Assembly: GCA_040357565.1 (NCBI GenBank)
Contig: JBDODJ010000084.1
Reading direction: 5' to 3' (one strand)
DNA: 46,930 bases
DNA from: Cercozoa sp. M6MM
Lineage: Eukaryota > Protista > Endomyxa: Ascetosporea
Under the pieces are notes generated by a model. It worked only from the letters and a program-made list of their open reading frames with translations, was not told the DNA's origin and ran no database searches. Position numbers and translations under genes: made by a program. Positions 23,828 to 34,982 of the stretch are shown in pieces. Within the stretch, counting starts at the first letter, position 1, and every line of letters begins with the position of its first letter.

Positions 23828-23929
23828 GCGGATGGGCTCGATCGACTTAAATTGCATTTGCATAGAAATCAAGTGACGCACGTGCACGACTTCGCGTCGT
23901 CATTAGTACGTTCTCGTCTAAACCGCGCC

Positions 23930-25748
23930 TCAGAAATGCAAGACCTCGACAGCGTAGTCTGGCCGTGCCTTTTGCCGGTGCTCTTGTCGGTGAATTTGTT
24001 GTAGTCGCAGAATGTGGTCGACAGAGCCCGCGAGGTCGGCAGCTTGCATGGCATCGTTCTGCCAAGCGACAGCAAAGTAACACCGTGAAAACACACTGAC
24101 AGTAGAGAGTACCCGAAGTCTATCGAGCAAGGGCGGCAGTTTCCTGAGCACCTGGCGCAGCGAGGAGGGCGCCGTGGCCACGTCGATGAGTCGCGCGTCA
24201 AGTGCCGCCGACGTCCACCGCAGCGCAGCGCGCAAAGCCTTCTCTCGCGTCACCTCGAGGTCCGACAGCATGGCTGAGTCGTCGCTCATCTCGTCGTCGT
24301 TGACGGTGTCACTCGTGACGAGTCGCATCACGTGCTGCAGCATGCGCAGCACGAGCCGCAGCACCTGCTCGGCCTGCGCCGACGGCAGCGCTCGCAGCAC
24401 TCGCAGCGCCGCTCGCGAGTGGAACCGGCAGTCCAGCATAACCTTAAGCAGCTCCTGGTCCACTGCGGCCTCGTCCTGGCTGTCGTCCTCGTTGACGTCC
24501 TGCTCCTGGTTCAGCACGAGTGCCACCACGAGAGCAACGGCGGCACTGTCGGTGACCACGTGCGCACACAGCAGCTCGAGCACCAGCGCGCGATCGTGCC
24601 GCACGAGCAGCTGAGCGTCCGGCAGCGTGAACACGACGTCGTCCAGCAGCGGTCGCACCGGGAACTGCATCACTCGCCGCAGCGTCTCCGTGTGTCCCTG
24701 CACGGCCGCCAGTGCCGCGAGTTGTCGCGCCTGCTGCGGAGTCAGCTCGTTCAGCGGCGTCTCCGACTGCAGCAGCGACGCACACAGCGGCACCAGCTCG
24801 TGCTCCTCGCACAGCGCGAGTGCCTCCAACACACGTCCGGGCGATGCGGTTGCCCGAGCACTCTTCAGTGCCTTGCTTACAGCGTCGCGCTTGCTGCGCA
24901 GCTGCACCAAGCGACTCGCATCGTCGCGTGCCTGCTGCAGCACTGCTGCCTGCGCAAAGAGCAAGGGAGAAATGAGACAAAGTGTGCCTGCGGAAGGGAC
25001 CAGAGAGCTACCGAAGCCGACGAGGACAGGTGCGCAGCCGTCAGTCGCACCTGCAACACGCCCGAGTCGCACACTACTGCCACCGAGCCGCGTGCCGGCA
25101 GCGACACCAACTGCTGCACGCGCGCACTCGAGTGCAGCGGGATCGCATAGTGCACACGCAGTGCCACATTGTGCACGTACAGCACGGCCTTGGCCTTGGC
25201 CTTGCCTTTGCCTTTGCCCTTGCTGGCGGTGGTACTGGCACGCAGCAGCACGCCACTGTCGCCTCCGAACGAACTGGCGAATGCGAGCGCAGCCTGCGAG
25301 TCCAGCGGGAAAGCCTCGGCGCCCAATGGCACCAGCGAAAGCGGGACGACGGTGCCGTTGGCGAGGCGCGCACGCGTGTCACGCGCGCGACTGGCGACGC
25401 TGAAGACGCGCGTTTCCAACGCCTTGTCCCGGCGCAGCAGCAAGGCAAAGTACTCGCCCGAGGCGTCAACGACGACCTGTGCAACGTCTCTGGCACTCAC
25501 GTGCATCTCGCTCAGCGAGAACGAGCGCAGCGGCGACACGGCCTGCTTCTGCGACAGCGCCAAGCGCGAGAGCCAGAACACCTCGAGCGACACGGCCGTG
25601 CACACCAGCAGCACGGCCTGCGAGGACTCGCCAGGCGTACCGACGTCCTGTACGACACTTGCGACGGCGCCAGACTCACCCTGACACTTGCCCAGACGCG
25701 TCAGGCCAGTGTCCTTGGCATCGAGGATCACGGTACTTCCTTCGCACA

Positions 25749-25800
<52 letters not shown>

Positions 25801-26653
25801 AGGAAAGGGGAGCAACATATAGTATCCTTCCTCGACACAAAGCACACGTGCAATCGACTGGTGGCACTCAGAAACAAATGCCAAAGTGTGTCACGCAATT
25901 CACACAGTGCGACTGCAGTGCCGTCCTTCCTTTTTACAAAAGAAAGAACGGCACGTACACAGTCGACACTTCTCGCTCATGTGATCGGATTACTAGATTG
26001 TTTGATCATCACCGTGCCACCAGTCCAAGTGCAGAAAGTGCAAACTCAAACCCATCAAAAGCATCGCATACCATCGACCAAAACCACCACGAGTGCCTGC
26101 AACGCCTCGCTCGCATGCATAAACTGCACTCGTTTGCGGAGGTGCACGGCATGCCGCACGTCCAGTTCGCCCTCAGCCTGCACGCGTGTCACCGAGCTGT
26201 CATCGAGCAGCACAAAGCGCTCAGACGCAACCTGCTTAGACAGTTCATGCATGGCATGCTGGCACCATGGGACTCCACAAGTTACCTGACATGCGCCTGA
26301 CACTTTGGCACCAGATACTCGTGCGAGTTCCCGCGTCTCCGATGCCTTCAAATGCGTGAAGGTAAACAAAAGGTGCCAAGAGCAAGCTGGGATACATGGC
26401 TTACGGTGTACTCGCGAAGGCCAAAGTCCCTGTGTGCCACGACGAAGCCATCATCGCTCGCGAAGCAGCCTGAGATCCCATGCGGCTCACTGGGATAACT
26501 CGTTACTGTCGTCACTGTCATCGCAGGGGAAGCCACACGGCGCGCCACACTGCCTTCTCACTTGCCGCGGAGCAGAGAGGTGCCACACAAAATAAATCAA
26601 GGAGCCCAAATATCCGTCCAAACGTACTGTTTCCGAACGCAGCTTTTCCTCAT
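23930..26653 (-). CDS. Large beta-repeat plus helical protein, probable nucleolar NOL11/Utp8-like
   Basis: Two long exons (about 25000-25740 and 24110-24950) plus small 5' exons. The N-half is beta-strand-like and the C-half helical. The C-terminus PDYAVEVLHF* resembles the YxxExL terminus I recall for NOL11/Utp8; the family call rests mostly on that motif. Confidence 0.55.
25751..25797. repeat. (AC)n microsatellite, intronic
   Basis: Directly visible. Confidence 0.95.
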
Positions 26654-26896
26654 TTTTTGCTTTCTCATTTTTGTCCGAATGAAACGGCTACGACACAGTA
26701 AAATACGCTATAATCGACGCTGATACACCTACAATCGCGGTATTGTTGCTGTAGAAAGCAGTCAAGTGCAAGTTTCTGGTGCTTTTGCCCGACCAACCGA
26801 GCCAGATTCTCAGCTTTCCTTGGGAAAAATAATCTTCATTCAGAGCACTGGGCGTCTGGGCGCAGGCATCTGACAGATACAGGATACAGGGAGCTT

Positions 26897-28119
26897 ATGT
26901 GGCCGTTTAGCGGAGCTCAAAGGTACGGTCCCACATTGATTGCTGAGATGACCACAACGCCGCCTTTTTTTCTGTTTCGAGTTTTTTTCGTTCATTCGCT
27001 GTGCGTGCAGCCGACGCGGATCAATGACCTCGGCATCTTCTGCGGCCTCCAGTAGCAGCGAAGTAGGCGATGCCTTCTACACCGACAGCGACTCTGAGAA
27101 CATGGGAATGGCCACAGGCACCGCCTCAGAAACCGTACGGCCTGTTTTGGTCCTTTTTAAATTCATACTGTATGCATGATTCGTGTTCTTACAGGACGAC
27201 ACCGACACTGAGGGCTACTGTCTCGTTGACCTTCCTGGCATGATAGCGAATGCGCCGACTTTGAAACCGCCATCAAGGTACTTAACGTTTGTAAACCTCC
27301 CATGTGTGTTTCGAAACAGTTCGATTACCTCTGACGTGTGTTGCAGCAGGAGTATGTTGCTGTCACCAGGCGAGCAGACTCACTTGCGAAAAGAGCTGCT
27401 GCGACTGGAGCAGCGCGAGCGCGAGTTGACGCGCGAGAATCTCACGTTGCGCACCGAGAACGAGCAGCTGCGACTCACGATGCGCGACTGGGTCGAGTTG
27501 CACGGCCCGCACATGGCCGAGCAAGAGGACGGCGACGTCGATGTCGACGACGAGAATGCCGACGCTGCCGCCGAGGCAGAAGATGAGCACGACGAGGATG
27601 AGGACGATATCGGCAGCGACGACGGCTTCGTGCGGCACTTTGTGTGCAGCTCGCGGCAGTGTCGCGGCGAGCCGCTTTTCACGCGCAACGATGCGCTCGG
27701 TCGGCACCGCGCCAAGCAGTCGCTGTGCCGCGTCGTGCGAGGCGAGAGCGTCAACCGCGACTGTCTCAGCGAGTCGCCTGCCCGCACGCGTCAGTGGTCA
27801 TCGGGTCTCTTCGCGGTCAAACCTGTCTCGTGCCGCACCTGTCTCAAGTCGCTCGGCTGGGAAGTCGTCAAAACCTTCCACCAGGTGCGTTTCCTTTTGC
27901 CGTCACTGTCACTTCCGTCGAATCTGTCTTCACTCAGACGCGTTCCCTGTGTTCTCCTTTGGGCAGAGAAACGCGAAGTTTGATGGACGTTTCTTCTTCA
28001 AGCTGGACGAGATCGTCGAGGTCCGGAGGAGCAGAAAAACCAGTCGCACGCTTCGCTTCACAAACACTCTGCTGCAAGATGAGAGCATGAAGATCGTCGC
28101 GGCAGATCCTCTTGCTTAG
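26897..28119 (+). CDS. Yippee/Mis18-type zinc-binding domain protein with upstream coiled coil and acidic linker
   Basis: FVCSSRQC ... RQWSSGLFAVKPVSCRTCLKSLGWEVVKTFHQ|RNAKFDGRFFF matches the Yippee pattern (TG.h.V..i.CxxC...lGW..., EGkf). A heptad segment LRKELLRLEQRERELTRENLTLRTENEQLR lies upstream. Confidence 0.7.
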
Positions 28120-29143
28120 GGCGGAGTTGATCACGATCACGATCACGTCTGAACATAGATAATCGAGTGCTCGTACGGTAGTAGCAGTCGCGTCGCTTCC
28201 GTTCATCTTCAGTTGGACTGTGTCATTGCAAACCCTTATGTAAAATAAGAAAATAGTGCCATAGCAGCAGCACAGCAACGGAACTGCACCTGATTAAGCG
28301 ACTAGCCGGCCATAGTCCTCTTGAATGTCAGAACATCTATGGCTGTGGCGAGGTGTTCTGCGCAGAATGGTTACTGGAGCCTGGTTACCATTGATCCAAC
28401 GGGGCAGACATGCGCGTTCGCCAGGTTCATTTCTTGTATGGCAAGAACATCGCACACATCGCGATGGCCGCTATGTGCCACTGACGACTCAAACTGGGAG
28501 CTGAATTGCGGTCAGTAAAAACTTATAAGTTTAGTTGCAAGACACTGATGAAGCCCTGATGTAAACTTAAGTTTACAGCTTCCGCAGTTTTAGCACGAAA
28601 CTGTCTCACGGTGTTTGCTGGGCGCATACACCACGTCCCAAACCTTCACCCGGCTACCTGCCGCCGGTCGGCCAGTGCCTTCTGCCACGGTACCTGGGCG
28701 GCAAGTTGCCTCGCTGGATCCTTGTGCAGCTTGTTAGCAAGCTGTATTGTATAGGTGAAGTACCACGGACGTACAGGCGCTCGTTGGTGATGCTTCTTCT
28801 GACGAGTGTTTGTCACAAAGTTGCCATGTGCCCACACCAACAAAATTATTTACTCACGTCTGAGCCGGCGCTCCGCTCTGGGGGATTTGAAGAACTCGCG
28901 GCACCTCTCTACCGTCGGTGTGAGACAGTTTCGTCTTGGGAACACGGAGGCGTGACGCGGTTTGGTGTTGAAACTTCTAGTTTCTAAGTTTACAGAGCTC
29001 CGTGCATCACTGTTTCTGTGCAAAGACTGGGGCACCAAAAATGAGCCCCGGAACGCGCGATTTCCCAACGCAACCCTTTTTCAGTCACTGGCAGAAACTC
29101 TGTTTTTGCACGAACAGAGCCTAGAACACACCGACGAGGTACA

Positions 29144-29831
29144 ATGGCAGTCGCAAAGAAGCAGACCTCGGTCCCTAAGTAAGGTCTCGTTTTCAGTCGT
29201 TGGGCCGTTTTGTGTGGGGGTTTTTAGTTTTGTTTCCTTTCCTGGAGCAGGTACATCGACATGGTCGTGATGGCCATCAAGGACGCGCGTGACTTTACGC
29301 GCGGTGCCTCGCGAGCTAAAATCGCCTCGTGGATCAAGACGAACTATCCCAAGTGCGACAATGCTGCGTTCAACGCCGCACTTCGAAACGCGCTTAGCAA
29401 GGTGCGTCTGTAAATCTGTTATTGCATATCATGATATTGCATATCATGATAACATGCTTCATAGGGTCTGGAGACTGGCGTGCTTGCACAAGGTGAGACC
29501 CCGCGGCGCTTCAAGCACGTGCCGGCCGCTTTGAAGGAAGCCGAGAAAAAGAAGAAGATGGTTGCGAAGAAGGCAGTAAAGAAGGAGGCAGCTAAAAAGA
29601 CACCGAAAAAGAAGACGCCGGCCAAGAAAGCAGCCAAAACGGGCAAAAAAACGGCCAAGAAGGTAACCAAAAAGCCTGCCAAAAAGGGTAAAAACCCCGC
29701 CAAGAAGGCGGCCAAGAAACCCACCAAGAAGGCAGCCAAGAAAGCAACCAAGAAGGTGAGAACACTTCGTCGTTTTTCGGTCTTGCTCGTATGAAGTACG
29801 TTATCAGTCTTATGGGCAGGCGAGCAAGTAA
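29144..29831 (+). CDS. H1: Linker histone H1, winged-helix globular domain plus K/A/P-rich tail, 4 exons
   Basis: MAVAKKQTSVPKYIDMVVMAIKDARDFTRGASRAKIASWIKTNY..ALRNALSKGLETGVLAQG..RFK followed by KKAAKK-type repeats. Stop TAA at 29829-29831. Confidence 0.9.
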
Positions 29832-30258
29832 AAACGGAAGGCGCCGTCCCTTACTTGGCAAACCAAACTTCGCTTCCAGGAACCATAGCTCCGAGTCGCG
29901 TCACCGTCACAAGTGATAAATTTCACATTCAGAACTGAAACATGTCCATCCAGTCAGTGCAGTACTAGCGCACTACGGTAGTTCCGTCACGCACGCGGAC
30001 AAGAAATGGCAACTGTCCTCACCGCTCAGCTGTCACTGAAAGGCCCCGCCCAGGCTGTTGCGTTGAGCAGTGACGGAAGTTTAGATTCAAGTTAATTTGA
30101 TCGCAGCTACACGTATCCGAACCCAGCGTAGGAAGAAACGAAAACTCTTGTAACAATGGATCACGGCATGACAACTCGACTTTTGATTTGCGCGAAATAA
30201 ATGGCTCCGCGGCGACTTCCGTCAGTTGAAACAACTAAAGACAGTGAAGCGGACGTGA

Positions 30259-32872
30259 CTAAAATTGGAGTCGCCTTGCAGCGCGCAGCGGGGTTTTGGT
30301 CGGCGCAGCTCTGCGCCTGCGAAAGATAAATTTTAAATTTCACACACAAGCATGTAGACAGGGCACAAACTGATCATGACAGTTTGTGAAGAGAACGATG
30401 CCATATACCTTCGCACAGAGGGATGTGACGGCACGGAACTATCGTGCTCGGTGCTGCTCCGACTGGGACTGCTGAGTGAATACTGGACGGACAGGTCGCT
30501 GGAAACAGGACTGTGATTGTGATTGCTGCTGCTGGCACCGAGATGTGGACTGCGCGAGTGCGAGCGTGACTCGTTGTTGCTCGCATTGCTGCTGTTGCTC
30601 ACGGACGAGCGACTCCGATGACGCATGGGCGAAGTCCGGGCTGGCGTCGGCGCGTTACTCAGTCGCCGTCGCTGTCGCTGTGCCATCGCGTGTGCCTGTT
30701 GCACTCGATATAACACCAGACAAACGACCGCACACATGCAAAGATACCTGTCTCCTGACACGACGCGCCTCGCTACTCGTCAGAAAGAAGCGCACAGCAT
30801 CGACCACTCTGTGACAAACAAGTGTCCTATCTTTCAACAAAACAGATAGATCACACTTACTTCTTTGAGTTGCCGATGAGGATACGCCGAATCTTGGCTA
30901 ATCGCTCGCGGTGCACTTCGAAACTGAACGTGCTCCAGACAAAGGAACTCAGCATCTTCCACATCTGCAGCTGCGTGAATATCCTCAGCGGCGCCAGCAC
31001 TGCGGTCAAGCCAAGTTGTACATCCGCCGTGTCGCACACGCCATTTAGGACCAACATACATGCAGTGATGATGACAAAGAGAAGATGCAGCAGCAGTTGC
31101 AACGGCCGTAACAGTACTCTGCACGCACACTCGAAAGTGAGTGCAGCGGTCAACATATGCAAAGAAATACAGTAGGCGTACCCGATCCAAGAAAGCAGCA
31201 TCACAAACGGCGTGAACAGTGGCATCAAAGCGCCGCCAATGACACCCGAAACGAGACTCCAGATCTATCGCAAGGCACCACAACATCTCAAAAAAAGGAC
31301 GGACCTAGTGATGTCAGACAACAAGTGTACCGGTCGCAACAGGTTGTTCCATTGGCGTGTTGCCACGTGTAAGAAAGCATCGGCGGTCGAGATGAAGGTG
31401 CCGAGGTAGCGGTTCACTACGTCGAGCAGCGGCCGCAAACGCGCCGCCAGGTCCAGCAGAATGTGGTGAAACAGACTGCACAAAACACACCCACATATCA
31501 ATACCGAAACACAAGCGCAAGATACGGTAGACAGGGTACTCGAAGTGGTGGTAAAGCTGCCAGAGCGCCCATCCCATCGACTGAACGTATATAAGAGCAA
31601 CGTCGCCAACATGCGCGGACAAACAACCACCTTGCACATACCACGACAGTCCAGACGACAGTGAGCCAATCAATGCCTCTGCGGAGTCGATACCAGTACT
31701 GCAATGACAACAAACAAAACGTCAGGATATTTAGTGTCCAGGACTATACTTGCGACATACCAAAGTGGACGGCACGAACTTTGCCCAGCCCGGCAGGCCG
31801 ATTTCGCACTTGGGTGCCGCTTCCAACAACCATTGTGTAAACTGCAGGACGCAAGCCATTCGATACACGGACCCACAAACACACGAAACAATAAAGAGCG
31901 ACAAGGTACAAATGCAGTTTCGGAAGCTGAGTCCGTGGGGAGTTCACACAAAAGCAGAGTTCCCAAGTCCTAGCGCATTTAAGGATATACAACAAAAGAG
32001 AAGTAGTGTCGAAAGGAACGAATGCAATCATACCGAGCACAGAGGGCGGCGCAGTTCTAGCAACAACCGCGTGTGCGGTTGAGCAGCGTCGAGACCGGCA
32101 CCGAGTCCCATCACGCACATATCGATGGCACTCACATTCTTGAGCAAGACGCGAAATTCATGCAACGGCTGCTCCTTGGTCTCGTCCCTGTACTCGAAAA
32201 GCTGCAACAAGAAAGCGTCTTCGCGGTTCAACCCGGGACCATCGTCACGTTGTTGCACAAACAGAATCCTGCCCGCAAAGCAACTTCGGCCGCTCCGGAG
32301 CTGTGGCAAATCGAGCACCCACTCCGTCTCGTCTTCGCTTGAGTCCGACTGAGAGCCGTTCTCCTCTTCATACTCCTCAACCACCGACGGCACAACCTGG
32401 TACGCACACGCTTCTTCGCCTGACTCTGATTCGTTGAACCTCCTTCTTCTGTTGAAGAGAAAGCGATCGATTTATTCTCGTAAACAATCAGTGTCTTGAT
32501 TGCCCATCGAAACCATTGTGTTTTCAACGAGCAACAGTTTCACTAAGCGACACGGTGAAGGATACATCTGTACAAGTGGTACCTCACAAAACGCGAAGAC
32601 ATGTCAAAAGTGAAGCAGAATCGCCAAGATCGCTGGCAACGACAAGTCGTTGCGCAGTCGAAATCGATTCCTGCAAAGACAATTTATTTCTTGTCGAGTT
32701 TGCAAACAGCGCCAGCACGCACCGATAGCAGTGTGCCACACGAGCAGTGCAGCCTGAGCTTGCGATCAGGTGAAACGCGTCTCTTATCAACGATCTGCTG
32801 CATCGGCTCGGCAGCGGGGGGTTGGTCCATTGTGACAATGAAGAATCGCTGATCGGCTGACCGCGTGGCCAT
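30259..32872 (-). CDS. Hypothetical multi-exon protein with hydrophobic central region and Ser/Arg-rich C-terminus
   Basis: Chain of exons MATRSADQRFFIVTMDQP.., ..PSVVEEYEEENGS.., LLCELPT.., SLFHHILLDLAARL.., LLRPLQLLLHLLFVII.., SR-rich tail, ..RRLQF*. Some 5' splice choices are ambiguous. Confidence 0.55.
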
Positions 32873-33028
32873 GATGTTGTATTGATCCTCACTGGATGGT
32901 GTGTTGAAGGGACAGTAGTCGCTCAGTGAAACGGTCTCACATTCTCCAGGAGTGCGAACAGCGGGCGCATAAACTAAGCAGCCAGCACCAACCCATTGGT
33001 TCGTCACGTTGCACACTGCTGACTAAAA

Positions 33029-34864
33029 ATGAAATTGCTATCGACCCTCAGCCTCGCGTTTGGTGCGTTCGCATGCGTCCGCGCGGATGTGCGAAACGCA
33101 GGCGTTGAACAATTCCTGCGTCGCGTGAGCGAAGGCTTCTCCGGCAACGAGGTTGCCGATTCGTTGCGTGCCGAGATGTACGCGCAGCCTGAGAGGCTTC
33201 TTGAAGACCGCGAGTGGCCGCCGCTGCCCAAGACACCGCGCAAGGTACGAGGTTTGATTCAATGTCGTACAATTTACCGTCAGTCCACCCTTTGTTGCAC
33301 AGGAAGTGCTTTCCGTGCTTTCGGGAATGTCTCAGTACGGCATTGCGGTGAGTTTCTTTCTGTTTGTCTGTATTATTTATGTGGATGTGTGTTTATGTGT
33401 ATATGTATGTGTCTACTTATAGAGTACATGTATGTGTTGCTTATAGAAAACCCTAGACAAACTGACGAGCTTTCACAGCCGCAACTCATTTGCTCCTTCG
33501 TATGTCCAGCTCTTCTTCTGTTCTCACCCCTTTTCCTCTCTCTCTCCATGTTCACGCATGCGTACGGTACAGAGCCCGTGAGGCAGGTCGATGGATCGCC
33601 CAGTCGGTACCTTTGCGGTGTTTGTGCTGTGTGAAAGTGGCAGGCTACTCAAAGTTTGTCCAACCTGACAACAGCTGAAGGACAGCGGCGCTGACAAGGT
33701 AGACTTGGTCGAATTCTCTGACAAAATGTGCCCGAACGTTGTTGCCGAGTTCCGCGGTGTCTCGGATGAGATCGTCGTCGTTGGTGGTAACCCCTGCTGT
33801 ACATATCAAGAATTGTATATACATATGTTTTCCGTATAGCGCACTACGACTGTCGAAACGAGGACGTGAATGATATTATTCTTCCTGCTCCCGGCGCTGA
33901 CGACAATGGCAGCGGCACCTCGTCGCTGCTCAACCTGGCGCGCGTCTTTGGCGATCTTCGTCGTCGGTAGCCTTCCTTCCTGTCAGTTTGTGTGCAGAGC
34001 AGAGGACGATACTCGTGTACCTCGCAGCAACGGCTTCAAGCCAGAGAAGACGGTGCATGTGCAGTTTTACTGTGGCGAGGAGCAAGGCCTCTTTGGCAGC
34101 AAGGCTCTCGCAGAGCAGTACAAGAACGAAGACCGCAATGTCTACGCCATGGTCAACTTCGACATGATGGCCTGTACCACAGCTTCATTTCTCCTAGTTG
34201 ACTCTGTCGACTTGAGGAATGCATGGCAGGGCAAGCGACGCCGCAGTCGACGCCGCCCTACGACGATCCGATCACTCTCGGCATCATGGATCGCTTCGTG
34301 TCACCGTCGCTGTCTGCCTACGTGCAGTGCGTTTTCTCATGCTTCCCTCAACTGTACTCGCATTCGTATACGTGTGCAGGGACATTGTGAAGCTCTACCT
34401 GCCTGGCCTGGCTGGTACACCTCTTGTAGGGAGAGTGTGTGTCCCTATCAGTGTTACGGTCTGTAGTTGAGGAAACTCCTGCTTGCTGCTCGGACAGTTA
34501 CTCCTACCACCGTACCACTTACTCTCTCTAGGCGTGTGTATGTATACGTATGGTGATGCGTATCTTTGTGTTGTGCCATCACAGAGGAAGGCTTCCACTC
34601 GGTTGGCCTCGCTGAGAACCGCCGTGAATACACGGGTACGGATAATTACTCCACACCTTGCTCACAGAGATATTTTTCACGTGCGCGTGCAGCCTATCCG
34701 TGGTACCATACGACGGAAGACACGATCGATAAGATCAACCTGTTCCAGGTACGTAGCTCACGTGGCTCCTTTAGCACCTTCCCCTCAAATTATTTTTCCC
34801 CCTGTAGCTTGAGATGCACGCCAAGGCGCTTGCTGCCATTGTCTCCACGCTTGCCGGCGTGTAA
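33029..34864 (+). CDS. Secreted M28-family zinc aminopeptidase (leucyl aminopeptidase-like)
   Basis: Signal peptide MKLLSTLSLAFGAFACVRA. Motifs NVVAEF, VVVGAHYD, APGADDNGSG, GEEQGLFGS, NFDM, CCSD and YHTTED contain all five Zn ligands (H, D, E, D, H). Confidence 0.9.
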
Positions 34865-34982
34865 ATGAACTCCTGTCCGCCATTAACCACTACTCATCCC
34901 TCGGCCTGGCCTGACCGACTCCCCTGGGCCGTTCTTACGGATTGTATTAAAAAAATTACACCGCAATTACGCTGTTCAAAAA

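Noticed and set aside
24950-25012. Possible 38-nt GC-AG intron in the NOL11-like gene
   Set aside because: A canonical 62-nt GT-AG intron with the same phase and acceptor exists and fits the local intron size; RNA-seq is needed to exclude the GC option.
24982-26289. Long plus-strand ORFs (435, 272 and 258 aa) over the NOL11-like gene
   Set aside because: Antisense shadows of GC-rich coding sequence; the longest reads straight through an (AC)n microsatellite.
28120-29140. About 1 kb upstream of H1 with short ORFs and splice-like words
   Set aside because: No consistent exon chain or repeat structure was found.
29420-29451. Tandem 15-bp repeat with palindrome (TATTGCATATCATGA x2) in an H1 intron
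   Set aside because: A simple local slippage duplication with no evidence of function.
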